A stretch of DNA of 64,000 nucleotides from Patescibacteria group bacterium (GCA_038065655.1 JBBTQO010000001.1:2517-66516), one strand, 5' to 3'. Positions 35,359-45,742 are shown, counted from the first letter of the stretch. The notes: a model not told the origin generated them from the sequence alone. Made by a program: numbers and translations.

Positions 35359-35773
35359 TGTACTGGACCCCTTTCTTTAGACACTAACCTTGTTAACTGA
35401 ATTGTATTCCCTGGCCACCAAAAGTGCAAATTGCTGTGGTGGCATTTTGAGTGCTGAGTGGATGCGTGAATTGTTGTAGCAATAAATCGTTTGATATATT
35501 TCGTATACCAATTCACCAAGTGTTTTGAATCTAGACGGATCACTCATATCAATTTTGAATTTATCATAGATTGTTTTGTAAAGCGTTCATGAATGCTGAT
35601 AACACAAGTTGCACGGAGTGTGTGGTGTAAACCGACACCCCATCGTTTTTAATTCGATTGATAATCTGATCCTTCACATCAGAAGCTATTTTGTGTCTTT
35701 TCATATGTCTTGTATTAATTATTATCTGCTAATTATATACAAGATTGGTGTTCAAATTTTGGGGTCCGGGCCA
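35359..35773 (-). mobile_element. Internally deleted IS3-family element
   Basis: TIRs TGTACTGGACCCCTTTCTTTAGACAC / TGGCCCGGACCCCAAAATTTGAACAC; remnants MKRHKIASDVKDQIINRIKNDGVSV (OrfA-like) and YNNSRIHSALKMPP (integrase C-terminus). Confidence 0.8.
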
Positions 35774-35776
35774 CTT

Positions 35777-38700
35777 TTAAAATTCTTTATAATTTGGGTC
35801 AACGGCAAAGTTGGCAATGACGGTTTTGTTACCAGACATATTGATGGTGCAAGAAATGTTTCTGCCGCATGATGTGCCATCTCCTCCCCAACCGGTAAAT
35901 ATTCTTCCACTCACTATCTGGGCAGTAAGTATAACATCATCACCTTCATCATAAGTCCAACAATTTGGAATATCGGGGATCCCAGTTGGATTACGGCTGA
36001 CTGTTCCCTGTCCTGATTTTACAATACACAGATTATAATCAGATCCTATTGGTGGGGCGACATTTACTGTGACACTGTCGGAAACCGGTCCGGGGTTGCA
36101 GGAGAGAGTATAAGTTTTTGATGCTGTTAAGTTGCCAGTAGATTGAGTGCCGGAAAGACCGGTCCAGCCAGTTGGAGAAACAGAACAAGAAGTAGCGTTA
36201 GTTGATGACCAAGTAATATTTGTAGCTGTATTATACGGAATATTTGTAGAATCAGCGCTTATGTTGGCAGTAGTTGAAACGGGCAGAGGACACTGAGCGC
36301 TGACACCATAAAACATAGCTGGGTTAGATTGGTTGTTGTATTCGGTCGCTATCCATTGTGCGGAGCGGATGCTGTTAGACAACCTAAACTCATCTAGTTT
36401 ACCGTTAAATGCTCTATCATTTAAACTCCTATTTCCGATCGTTAAAGTTGCAGATCCAGTTTGTAAGGTTCCAGATGGAGCGGTAACTTCCGTAACTGAT
36501 TGAGCCACACCATCTAGATAATAAATAGGATCATTTGAAATTGAACTCCCATTATAGGTAATAGCAATGTGATGCCAGGCCCCTGTACTTGGAGTAGGTA
36601 TTCTCCAAGCTGCAGCTCCAGACCAGCCAACCTGAAATTGCAATAAATTTGTTGAGTCAATAAATAACTGGTCTTTTAAGTTGCCATGTTCCCAAAACCT
36701 TCGGGCTGATGCATCAATAGCATTAACAAAAAACCAAGTTTCCCATGTTCTCTGTGCAGTAGCAGTGATAGTAGATGTAATCTTGTGCATATTGGTACTG
36801 CCACCAAAACTGGCTGAGCCGTCTATTTTCCCAGTAGTAGCTGACGCTCCGGAAATCGTCCCATTTTTATTATTGATAGTAGAATCAAGAGCAGATAATG
36901 TTGAGCCATTTGGATAATGATAAACTGCGGCATAATTACTATCCCAAGTCCCGGCAACATTTTGCTGATTTATTGCGCTGGGGTTACCATAATACATATA
37001 TATTTTTGTGTCCGCTGTACTGGAAAGACTTGGTACTTTTACCCAAGCAATGAGTTCGCCTGTCCCAGAAACATATTTTTCTATTTCGTGATCAAGTTTT
37101 GTTCCACTTGAGTTAGTAAATAAAATATCAAAACCATCTGGCCGAGCGTTGGCTTGCAATCCAGCATCAGAAGTTAGAGAAATCATAACAGGAAAGTTTG
37201 ATTGGGTAGCTGGGACTTTTGCGTCATCAATCTGGAAAATCTTACGATAACCCCAAATTCCACCAGTTGAATACCAAGGAGTCGCATCGGTACAAGAAGG
37301 ATTTACAACTCCTCCCCCAGCCGCACTCACAGTCACTGTTGTCCAAGCACTACAGTTATTCCCCTCATTTGATTCGGTGATAGTTCCAACCATTGAAGCA
37401 TTATTATCTGCGCATACTTGTACAGAATATGTTCCCGCCGAGGGGAATGTGTAAGAAGAAGATATGACAGTTCCAGAAGCACCCGCATTAAGAGCGCCTA
37501 GTTGAGTAACTGAAATTGTAGAAACTGTTCCAGTTCCACCTGCACCAGTTGCTACTCGGAAAAAATTGTTGAATGAAGCACCGGTAGCTGCTGTTCCGCT
37601 GTTTGTGATTGTAGATGAAAATGCTTGTGGTGTCCCGGCTGTTGCGGCAGTTGGAGTTATAACGCCTGGGGTTAGGTCTGGGGAGGAAGTATTTACACAA
37701 TCAATCTGACCTCCTATTGGATCACTCCATGAGTAAGGTGATGATGTGAGTTTTGTTTGAACTCCCCAGTAATATGATATACCAGCCGTTGTAAGAAAAT
37801 TTGTTTTTGCTGTCCCAACAAAATTATTATCCCATGCAGTAGATCCAGTAAGAGATGTCCAAGCTGGAAGTTCATACAACCTCGTATAAAAAGTACCCCA
37901 ACTGCTTATACCACCAACGCTTTGAGTTGGGGCTATCCATGAAAATGAACCGAGGTTGCCCGGACTTGGACAGGAACCTGAGCCATTGGTGGGTGGAGGT
38001 GGAATATTTATGATGACAGAATTAGATGCCGTATCTCCACTTGAACTCGTACAAGATAATGTATAAACCAGACTTGTGGTATTTAGAGGATAAGTATACG
38101 TATCTACAGTACCTCCAGATACACTTACTGGTGAACCATTCAATGTACAAGAAGATGCATTACCCACAGCACCCCATGTTATTTTATATGGAGCTTGACC
38201 ATAAGCCCAAAGTGGCCCATCACCAGTTTGGCTACCAAAAATAACCGATCTTCCGCCATCATTCCAAATAGTTGCCTTTACATCTACTCCGGTGGGAGGA
38301 GAGGGTGGTTCACAATTGTAAGTATCAGTATAAGAACCACCAGGTTTATAATACTCGCAATACACACCAGTTGGTTCTTGGAAAAGACATCCAGGTTGAG
38401 TACCTACAAATTCTGGAGCACAAGAAGAAGGAGATACAGTTCTTTTTGACCCAGTAATTTTCGTCTCAGAGCAAGAGTATGTCCTCTGGCACCACCCTCC
38501 ACCAATAGGTTTATCTTCTACTAAAGTTATTACACCCCCATTTGCGGTGGATTTACAACCCATAAGTTCTGGAAGACAATATGTTCCGCCACCAGTATCA
38601 GTAGTGCCTGCGGCACAATAATCCAGCGATGTATTATAGGTAGTCCCAACATTATGCTTAAAAGGATAATTTGTGCATATTACACCAATTGGTGGATATG

Positions 38701-38971
38701 TTGAAGGAGTACAAGAATATTCACTACCAGGAACGATTAAAGGACAAAATGATTGACAATTCGTCATATCATTAAACCATGCTTTACCTTCATAAACTGA
38801 AAATGGAGAATTCACATAAGCTGGCATATTTTCATAAGATGTGACGGTTACACCCTGAGAAGCGTTACATTGAGCGGCTGCATCTACACTAGAAGTCGGC
38901 AGAAAAACAAAAAATAAAAGTATAAAAATGAATAGAAAGTGATTTAAATTTATTTTTTTTAGGTAATTCAT
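35777..38971 (-). CDS. Large secreted surface protein (Cys-rich N-terminus, CARDB, DUF2341, LamG, InlB B-repeat-like)
   Basis: Signal peptide; CADNN..ESNEGNNC (CARDB), FDILFT..KLDHEIE..WVKVP..YMYYGN (DUF2341), WHHIAITY..FNGKLDEFR (LamG), FTGWGG..C (B-repeat). Confidence 0.85.
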   Translation of the reverse strand: MNYLKKINLNHFLFIFILLFFVFLPTSSVDAAAQCNASQGVTVTSYENMPAYVNSPFSVYEGKAWFNDMTNCQSFCPLIVPGSEYSCTPSTYPPIGVICTNYPFKHNVGTTYNTSLDYCAAGTTDTGGGTYCLPELMGCKSTANGGVITLVEDKPIGGGWCQRTYSCSETKITGSKRTVSPSSCAPEFVGTQPGCLFQEPTGVYCEYYKPGGSYTDTYNCEPPSPPTGVDVKATIWNDGGRSVIFGSQTGDGPLWAYGQAPYKITWGAVGNASSCTLNGSPVSVSGGTVDTYTYPLNTTSLVYTLSCTSSSGDTASNSVIINIPPPPTNGSGSCPSPGNLGSFSWIAPTQSVGGISSWGTFYTRLYELPAWTSLTGSTAWDNNFVGTAKTNFLTTAGISYYWGVQTKLTSSPYSWSDPIGGQIDCVNTSSPDLTPGVITPTAATAGTPQAFSSTITNSGTAATGASFNNFFRVATGAGGTGTVSTISVTQLGALNAGASGTVISSSYTFPSAGTYSVQVCADNNASMVGTITESNEGNNCSAWTTVTVSAAGGGVVNPSCTDATPWYSTGGIWGYRKIFQIDDAKVPATQSNFPVMISLTSDAGLQANARPDGFDILFTNSSGTKLDHEIEKYVSGTGELIAWVKVPSLSSTADTKIYMYYGNPSAINQQNVAGTWDSNYAAVYHYPNGSTLSALDSTINNKNGTISGASATTGKIDGSASFGGSTNMHKITSTITATAQRTWETWFFVNAIDASARRFWEHGNLKDQLFIDSTNLLQFQVGWSGAAAWRIPTPSTGAWHHIAITYNGSSISNDPIYYLDGVAQSVTEVTAPSGTLQTGSATLTIGNRSLNDRAFNGKLDEFRLSNSIRSAQWIATEYNNQSNPAMFYGVSAQCPLPVSTTANISADSTNIPYNTATNITWSSTNATSCSVSPTGWTGLSGTQSTGNLTASKTYTLSCNPGPVSDSVTVNVAPPIGSDYNLCIVKSGQGTVSRNPTGIPDIPNCWTYDEGDDVILTAQIVSGRIFTGWGGDGTSCGRNISCTINMSGNKTVIANFAVDPNYKEF

Positions 38972-38978
38972 ATAAATT

Positions 38979-39458
38979 TTATTTTTGGCTAAAGTGAACT
39001 TGAACTTCTACTTTTTTGCTTTGAGAATTTTCAGTTATAAATATATTTAATGTTGTATTATTTTTTTGTCCTGTGAGAGACATTACTTTGGGAACTACCT
39101 CCATTACAAATGGATTCCAGCCACCTGTCTCCATATATGTCCTGAATGTGTCCACATTCTCATTAAAAGAAAAAGGACTATCCCAAACCAAAGTATATTC
39201 TAAATAGCCATTTATTTCCCTCTGAAATTCTTGCGTTGGAGTAGCGCCATTTACAGGCAAAGGAAAATCACTCGGCACAAGCTCTTTTTTAGATTCAGTG
39301 GTATTTAGAGAATACACTGGCACTTGGGGCTTTTGATTTTTATATTTATTTAACCAAAAAAGTGATAAAAATCCCACAACTAATATCATGAAAATAACAA
39401 TTATCCAAACAAACTTTCTTTTTTTTTGGGTCTCTTCCATTGTATTTGAAAATAACAC
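38979..39458 (-). CDS. Single-TM hypothetical protein
   Basis: 159 aa, N-terminal TM, PSDFPLP motif. Confidence 0.7.
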   Translation of the reverse strand: MLFSNTMEETQKKRKFVWIIVIFMILVVGFLSLFWLNKYKNQKPQVPVYSLNTTESKKELVPSDFPLPVNGATPTQEFQREINGYLEYTLVWDSPFSFNENVDTFRTYMETGGWNPFVMEVVPKVMSLTGQKNNTTLNIFITENSQSKKVEVQVHFSQK

Positions 39459-39550
39459 TAAATAATTGTCTATATTATATCATTTTTTCATTATGCAAAT
39501 ACTAATCTGTTTATAAAAACTGTGCATAAGGTTTTTAAAGTTTAGGTATG

Positions 39551-39585
39551 AAAAAAGCCGTCCCGCGCGAACGCGAAACGGCTTT
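39551..39585 (-). terminator. Intrinsic terminator
   Basis: aaagccgt...acggcttt with an A-run on + (U-run on -). Confidence 0.6.
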
Positions 39586-39615
39586 GATTTGTTGCGACCC
39601 GGAGGTCGCTGTGTG

Positions 39616-40458
39616 CTATTTAGAGAAGAGGCGCCTGTACTGGGCTTGGAGGGAAGCATTTGCGTCAACCTCCCCATTTGGTCCAATCACTGGGACTTCC
39701 CCACCGAGCAATGGAACAACGCACGACACCCCATGTTTGTCCGACAGGTGAACGAATAGGGGTTCCCCGACCAGAAAAGCACTCATAGGAACTTCAATCT
39801 TTTCGACTGAGTAATCCCCGGAATAGACCTTCTGAAAGGTTGCTTCGTTCCCACTGTTATCCTGAACGAGTTGGAATACGACAGCTTGCGTGGGTCCATT
39901 TCCACCAATCTCGACGGATAGTTTGTTGTCGCTTGAGCTCTTACTCAACACGACAGCCCCCAATTCAGCAAACACAGGGAGTTCGTCTGGTACTCCCACT
40001 ACCAGTAGCGGAACCTCCGAGTGTAGAACCACACTGGAACAGGTTTTACTTGTTCTACTGGTGAGGTTTTCTGCCACCACCATATAGAGACCGGGCTGGA
40101 CCCCATTGAGCCAGAGACCATGGAAACTGTAGAGATGCCGTTGCGCTTGGAATCTCCCGGCAAACCCTGAAGACACCATATTCCCGAGTTGGAGTTTTCC
40201 TGTGCCATTCCCCACCTGCATCATGTACCACAGCCCGTCGTATTTGATGGCGTGGTACAACTGAAAAGTTGCCTCATATTCACTGACACAGGTCGGACTG
40301 ACCTGGATGACCCCGAGATCAATCCCATCATTAGTCTTGGTCAACGTCAGAGCGACGCTGGCCACCTGTTGTTCTGGCACGACCTGTGCCGGAATCACCA
40401 TCATGCTCATGCTCGACAAGAGCACGAGCAAAAACATTGAAAAGTACTTGCTGAGCAT
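39616..40458 (-). CDS. Secreted hypothetical protein, visibly GC-richer than flanks
   Basis: 280 aa, signal peptide, own promoter and terminator. Confidence 0.65.
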   Translation of the reverse strand: MLSKYFSMFLLVLLSSMSMMVIPAQVVPEQQVASVALTLTKTNDGIDLGVIQVSPTCVSEYEATFQLYHAIKYDGLWYMMQVGNGTGKLQLGNMVSSGFAGRFQAQRHLYSFHGLWLNGVQPGLYMVVAENLTSRTSKTCSSVVLHSEVPLLVVGVPDELPVFAELGAVVLSKSSSDNKLSVEIGGNGPTQAVVFQLVQDNSGNEATFQKVYSGDYSVEKIEVPMSAFLVGEPLFVHLSDKHGVSCVVPLLGGEVPVIGPNGEVDANASLQAQYRRLFSK

Positions 40459-40478
40459 GTTGATGCCCTCCTTTTGCT

Positions 40479-40506
40479 ATTATACAGATAACCCCAATCT
40501 TGTCAA
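40479..40506 (-). promoter_or_regulatory. Sigma70 promoter TTGACA-16-TATAAT (extended TG)
   Basis: Minus strand ttgaca agattggggttatctg tataat. Confidence 0.7.
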
Positions 40507-40569
40507 GGGGTCATATTATTTGTCAATATTTTAGGTCGTTGTGAATTTGATGGATTATTCAAGGTCTAT

Positions 40570-42369
40570 TTACATAAAACCACTCATTTGGAGGTCCCAC
40601 AACTTTTTATAAAGTCCACTTTCTTTGTTTGAAAGTTCATCATGAGTTCCGTCTTCAACGATTGAACCTTTGTCCATAGATATTATACGGTCCATTTTTT
40701 TGATGGTAGAAAGTCTGTGTGCGATGACGATGGTGGTGCAGTTTTCCATTAAGATTTTCAAAGCATCTTGAATGAGCGATTCGGAATAGGAATCTAAACT
40801 TGAAGTAGCTTCATCAAAAATTAGAATAGGAGCCTTTTTGAGGATTGCTCTGGCGATGGCTATCCGCTGGCGCTCTCCACCAGAAAGCTTAATTCCCCGC
40901 TCACCGACATACGTCTCATATTTCAAAGGTAAATTTTCGATAAATTCATCACAATGAGCGAGTCTGGAAGCCTCTTTGACTTCTTCGTCAGAAACATTTC
41001 GGCAACCATAACGGATATTTTCCAGTAGTGTTCGATGAAAAAGGACAGGATCTTGTGGCACGAAACTTATGTTTTCCCTTAAACTGTCTTGGGTGATAGT
41101 GCGGATATTTTGACCATCAATAATGATAGAGCCAGAGGTCAAATCATATAGGCGCATTATAAGTCTTACAAAAGTCGTTTTGCCTGAACCTGAGTGTCCC
41201 ACCAGCGCCACCTTTTCTCCACTCTTTATTGTTAGATTTATATTGTTTAATGTTTTATTTCCTTGATTGAATTCAAACGACACATTATCAAAAACTATTT
41301 CTCCCTTGGTTACAATTAATTTTTTTGCATTGGGCAAATCTTCTATATCGTGTTTGGTAATTAATATGTCAACCATTTCTTTGGAATCGGCCAAACTTTG
41401 AAAGATACTGCGAATAATTTTGTTTAGTCCCCAAAGTTGTTGAGATAGGCCGATTATGTAGGTTTGAGCCAATACAAAGGTTCCTATAGTGATTAATCCC
41501 CTTTCCCAATATTTTATAGCGTAATAAAACACGAAGAACTCTACCAAAAAAATGAGCAATACTTGTATTCCATCAACTAATTCGGCTAATCGCCAAGAAA
41601 ATAGGGTTTTTCTAGCCTGTTCGTTAGAAATTTTTTGGAAACCCTTAGATTCGTGTTTGTGTCCTGTAAAAAAGGATATGGCGTTGTTATTTGTGATTGA
41701 ATCTGCCAAATAACCAGTAGTGTGGGAATCAGCTTCAGCAGACAATTTGTCATATTTTAATTTCCATGTTGAAAATGAAATACTAAATACTGATATGATA
41801 AATACCCATGAAATCATAATAATAGAAACTATTGGGGCGATGAAATACATTATCCATATTGAACCGACGACGGTTATAACAAGCGGTATGAGATTAAAAG
41901 CGAGACTATCGGCTAGAGATTCAAATGCACGACTGAATCGGTTTACTTTTTGGACCAACCCACCACTAAAATTGTTGGCAAAAAAAGTGTGAGAATGTCC
42001 CATCATATAATCAAAAGAGTTTTGCTTCAGTTTTGCCATTACCCGCGTTTCCATCATGTCAAAGAGAAACATTCCGACTCTAAAAAAGACCCAGTTAATA
42101 GCGTGGAAAATTAATATAAAAGTTACGATTTTAATAAGGGCAAGAGCGGTTTCGCTTGGGCTCACAGATTTGCTTATAACGTCAAAAAAATCTTTATAAT
42201 ATAAAGGGATAAATAAATTAATTAAATGGGCAACAAAAAATAAAAAATATGCACTAAAAAACAAGCCTTTGACTGACCTTACTCCTTTCCAAAACTGACT
42301 CATTATTTGGCCGACAGTTGTTTCTTTGGTTGGTTTGCTTTTGGTTTCTTCTCTACCAATGGTGTCCAT
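40570..42369 (-). CDS. ABC exporter (fused TMD-NBD)
   Basis: GHSGSGKT, LSGGERQR, DEATSSLD. Confidence 0.93.
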   Translation of the reverse strand: MDTIGREETKSKPTKETTVGQIMSQFWKGVRSVKGLFFSAYFLFFVAHLINLFIPLYYKDFFDVISKSVSPSETALALIKIVTFILIFHAINWVFFRVGMFLFDMMETRVMAKLKQNSFDYMMGHSHTFFANNFSGGLVQKVNRFSRAFESLADSLAFNLIPLVITVVGSIWIMYFIAPIVSIIMISWVFIISVFSISFSTWKLKYDKLSAEADSHTTGYLADSITNNNAISFFTGHKHESKGFQKISNEQARKTLFSWRLAELVDGIQVLLIFLVEFFVFYYAIKYWERGLITIGTFVLAQTYIIGLSQQLWGLNKIIRSIFQSLADSKEMVDILITKHDIEDLPNAKKLIVTKGEIVFDNVSFEFNQGNKTLNNINLTIKSGEKVALVGHSGSGKTTFVRLIMRLYDLTSGSIIIDGQNIRTITQDSLRENISFVPQDPVLFHRTLLENIRYGCRNVSDEEVKEASRLAHCDEFIENLPLKYETYVGERGIKLSGGERQRIAIARAILKKAPILIFDEATSSLDSYSESLIQDALKILMENCTTIVIAHRLSTIKKMDRIISMDKGSIVEDGTHDELSNKESGLYKKLWDLQMSGFM

Positions 42370-42466
42370 TATAGATATCTTAACATTATTGGATTAAAAC
42401 TTGAAGATTATTTGACAAAATGGTATAAATATATTAACTTAATAATCAGAAAGGTTGTAAAAACAA

Positions 42467-43477
42467 ATGAAAAAGAAAAAAGAGTCATTAGTCTTGGGGC
42501 GTATGTTGCAAAAAATCGCGTCTCGCATTGGGGCAACTATCATTTTGGAACCTGAATGGGGTATTGTTGGCCAAATTACCTTCAAGAGTGGCCGCTTTTC
42601 CTATTTCAGGTATAACACTGTGGATTTGAATCCAATGGGAGCTTCGGAAATTGCAAAGGATAAAGACTATGCCAACTTCTTTATGAAGCGCATGGGCTAC
42701 CCCATTGTTCCGGGCAGTAAGACATTTTTTTCGGATTCATGGGGTAAGGCTATCGGAGCATCTCATCGCAACACCCTTGCTGCTTATCGGTATGCTCAAA
42801 CGCTGGGCCTGCCGGTTATTGTAAAGCCAAACAGCGGTAGTCAAGGAAGAGGGGTCACTCTCGTTCATAACAAACGCGAATTCTACCGAGCAATGCGCAC
42901 AGTCTTTGAGATTGATCGCGTCGCTTTGGTCCAACAGCCTGTGCATGGCAAGGATTATAGAATAGTCGTTTTAGACGAAAGAGTGATTTCAGCTTACGAG
43001 CGGATACCACTCAATGTTATTGGCAACGGGAGGTCAACGATAAGTAATTTGCTCAAAAAGAAGCAGCAAGAATTCGTTGCTTCAAGCCGTGACACCAATA
43101 TCAAGAAGAATGACCCTCGCATAACTGAGAAGCTGAAGCATCAAGGGTTAAATCTTCAGTCAGTTTTGGCTCAAGGGGAGAGGGTTTTTCTTCTTGATAA
43201 TGCCAATCTGTCTGCTGGTGGAGATTCGGCAGATGTCACAGCAAACATGCACCCAACCTTTGGTAAGATTGCCATAAAGCTGACCAAAGATATGGGGCTT
43301 CGTTTGTGTGGGGTTGATCTTATGATTGATGGCGACATCAGCCAAAAATCATCACCTTTTTGGGTCCTTGAGATTAATTCTGCACCTGGTCTTGATCACT
43401 ATTCAAGGTCCGGTAAGGCGCAGGAGAAAATTGTTGAGGATTTATATCTCGAAGTACTGAAAAGTATGGAGAGATAA
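42467..43477 (+). CDS. ATP-grasp ligase (cyanophycin synthetase-like domain)
   Basis: VKPNSGSQGRGV, DYRIVV, ANLSAGG, GVDL, EINSAPG. Confidence 0.85.
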   Translation: MKKKKESLVLGRMLQKIASRIGATIILEPEWGIVGQITFKSGRFSYFRYNTVDLNPMGASEIAKDKDYANFFMKRMGYPIVPGSKTFFSDSWGKAIGASHRNTLAAYRYAQTLGLPVIVKPNSGSQGRGVTLVHNKREFYRAMRTVFEIDRVALVQQPVHGKDYRIVVLDERVISAYERIPLNVIGNGRSTISNLLKKKQQEFVASSRDTNIKKNDPRITEKLKHQGLNLQSVLAQGERVFLLDNANLSAGGDSADVTANMHPTFGKIAIKLTKDMGLRLCGVDLMIDGDISQKSSPFWVLEINSAPGLDHYSRSGKAQEKIVEDLYLEVLKSMER

Positions 43478-43507
43478 TGCTGGGGTATCCTACCCCAGCA
43501 TTTTTTA
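43477..43507 (+). terminator. Intrinsic terminator
   Basis: aatgctggggta-tcc-taccccagcatt followed by T-run. Confidence 0.75.
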
Positions 43508-43520
43508 ATAAACCTTTATT

Positions 43521-43979
43521 ATGAAAACCAAATCTTCTCTTCAAAAAATAAAACAGATAATATCAAAGTATGACTCATTTATTCTTTATAAACCACTATC
43601 TGATGAAGTTGATTATAATAATTTATCTTTTCCCTTGAAATTTTTTTCAGAAAATATTATGTTGCCAAGCAATAAAAATAGCAACCCGCTCTTATGGGCA
43701 ACTAAGTGTATTTCTAAATATAAAAATAGTAATCCTTGTGTCTTAGTCCCCGGCACTCGGTTTGATATTTATGGAACCCGTCACGGAAGAGGAAAGGGTT
43801 GGTATGACCGCTTTCTTTCTAAAATACCAAAAAAATGGTTTCGAGTAGGGATTACTCATGCATCAAAATTTTCGTTATTTCCAATTTCGTTTCAAGAATG
43901 GGATGAACAGGTTGATTTGGTTATAACCCATGATGGTTTTCACTGGATGGTTTATGAGACTTCTGCTCGGAATAAGTAA
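43521..43979 (+). CDS. 5-formyltetrahydrofolate cyclo-ligase family
   Basis: LVPG..FD..GTRHGRGKGWYDRFL..WD..VD..IT. Confidence 0.85.
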   Translation: MKTKSSLQKIKQIISKYDSFILYKPLSDEVDYNNLSFPLKFFSENIMLPSNKNSNPLLWATKCISKYKNSNPCVLVPGTRFDIYGTRHGRGKGWYDRFLSKIPKKWFRVGITHASKFSLFPISFQEWDEQVDLVITHDGFHWMVYETSARNK

Positions 43980-44658
43980 ATATCTTTGAGTAAATATCTG
44001 TCTTTGGTGAAAGTGCCAAACTTGTCTTTTTAAATGTTTTTTTATTTGTAAATTCTATGGGAGCATTTTTGATTATAACAATAGGAATTTGTTCAATTCC
44101 TTCCCCCATTACAAGCACTGCGCTAGTTGCTAAGGCATCAGCAATATTGCTTTGAGTTAGACGACTTTTCCGCCCAAATAAATCTTTTTTCCCGATGTAA
44201 CTCCTCAATGGATTAAAACCAATATATGCAATCGGTCTGCCAACGGTACCAACCCTAAGTGGTATACTTTTTGTGTCTGTGATGATAACGCCAATATGTT
44301 TGAGAGAAAAATGTTTCAGCAAATTTTTTTGTATTTGCTCGGCAACTTTAAAAGGATTTTTTGGTAAAAGAATTACATTATTTTTTGCATTTGATTCATC
44401 GATTCCCGCATTGATGCACCACTCCCCTTCAGTTAGGGTAAGCAAAGCCCAAGGGGTCTCAATTATTTTTTGAGAATTTTTCTTTATTAATTTTTCTTTA
44501 TCCTTTATTTTTCCAGTTCTTCCTTGAGACAGGGCGATAATTTTTGAGGTAATAACAATGATATCGTTATCATTAAGAGAGTTAATTTGCTTATGTAAAA
44601 AATTTATTAAATTTTCGTTTTCCTTAAAGATTGGAGTTTTGATAGCCAGTATTTGCAT
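43921..44658 (-). CDS. CofE-like gamma-glutamyl ligase
   Basis: ITSKI, NAGIDESN, GVIITD..PLRVG, MGEG.EQ.P. Confidence 0.85.
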   Translation of the reverse strand: MQILAIKTPIFKENENLINFLHKQINSLNDNDIIVITSKIIALSQGRTGKIKDKEKLIKKNSQKIIETPWALLTLTEGEWCINAGIDESNAKNNVILLPKNPFKVAEQIQKNLLKHFSLKHIGVIITDTKSIPLRVGTVGRPIAYIGFNPLRSYIGKKDLFGRKSRLTQSNIADALATSAVLVMGEGIEQIPIVIIKNAPIEFTNKKTFKKTSLALSPKTDIYSKIFTYSEQKSHKPSSENHHGL

Positions 44659-44670
44659 AAAAGAATTTAA

Positions 44671-45741
44671 TTACATTCCCTCTTCTTTTAATTTTTGGAC
44701 CGCTTCGTTTTTGGATCTTTCGACCATAAATTTTACAGCCTCGTTCATATTTATATTTTGGATTTTTATGTTCGGTCTTTTGTCTTTAAAAACTCGGTAT
44801 ATTTCATCAGCAAAAGCTTGACCGATTGTCGGTACGCGGTCATAATCCATTATGATTATTTTAAATTTTTCAAGACCTGATAATATTCTGCGGGCTTGTG
44901 ATCTAGATATATGAATTCCGCCCATTGTGTATAAACGCACCCTTATTTCAGTCTTATCAAAACCATAATCGCCATCTTTCTCCATATCGGTATGTTCTTT
45001 AAAAATATCATTCAAGTGGCGGGTGTTGCTTGTATCAATGCGAAAAGTCACCCTGGTTCCCTGTTTTTGCCCTTTGGTTTTTTTAATAAAAACATCTTTT
45101 ATTTTATTGTTTACCGTTAACTCATAACCATAACTGTCCAATATAAATTCGTCCCCCGCTTTTGAGGTAAAAAATATACCCTCTCCGGAATGAAGCTTGG
45201 GGGCGGTTGTTGTTTTACCCTTCAATAGATCTTGGATTGCTTCCATTTCTGAATTTAATCTCCTTTTCTCCATAATATTTTTGAAAACTCCTACGCCAAA
45301 ATCATCAACTATAAAAAATAAAGTGTTTTTGTTTAAACCAACAGAGAATTTTATTTTTTCAGATTTTGAATGTTCAATGGCGTTATTAAACATCTCGGAA
45401 AAAGCGTATTCAAAAATACTTTTTATGTTTTCAGGAAATTTAGCCAGATTTTGAAAATTGTGTTCAATGTCGTCAAAAATTTTGTGTTCCTCTAGTTGCT
45501 TGTTTATCAATGTTTTTGAATAACTCGCTGGGATAAGACTGGGATTTTTTTGCAGATACTCCGCTGTGACATAAATAGCTGATCTGGTTGAGCCAATCTT
45601 CACAAGTTTTTTTTCGGTTACAAGTTTGGATATAAGTTTTGAGGCGTATTGCCTAGATACACCAAAATCACCAATAAAATCTATTGTTTTTATAGTTCCC
45701 TTTTTACTAGCCAGATTCAATATTTTTTGGGTGGTAAGCAT
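44671..45741 (-). CDS. HTH + HATPase + STAS-like (DUF4325) protein
   Basis: GVSRQY HTH, SEMFNNAIEHS, DDFGVG, HSGEGIFF, IGQAFADEIYR; start ATG 45741. Confidence 0.85.
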   Translation of the reverse strand: MLTTQKILNLASKKGTIKTIDFIGDFGVSRQYASKLISKLVTEKKLVKIGSTRSAIYVTAEYLQKNPSLIPASYSKTLINKQLEEHKIFDDIEHNFQNLAKFPENIKSIFEYAFSEMFNNAIEHSKSEKIKFSVGLNKNTLFFIVDDFGVGVFKNIMEKRRLNSEMEAIQDLLKGKTTTAPKLHSGEGIFFTSKAGDEFILDSYGYELTVNNKIKDVFIKKTKGQKQGTRVTFRIDTSNTRHLNDIFKEHTDMEKDGDYGFDKTEIRVRLYTMGGIHISRSQARRILSGLEKFKIIIMDYDRVPTIGQAFADEIYRVFKDKRPNIKIQNINMNEAVKFMVERSKNEAVQKLKEEGM

Positions 45742-45742
45742 A

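Noticed and set aside
35349-35543. 64-aa ORF
   Set aside because: Out-of-frame reading of the IS3 integrase remnant
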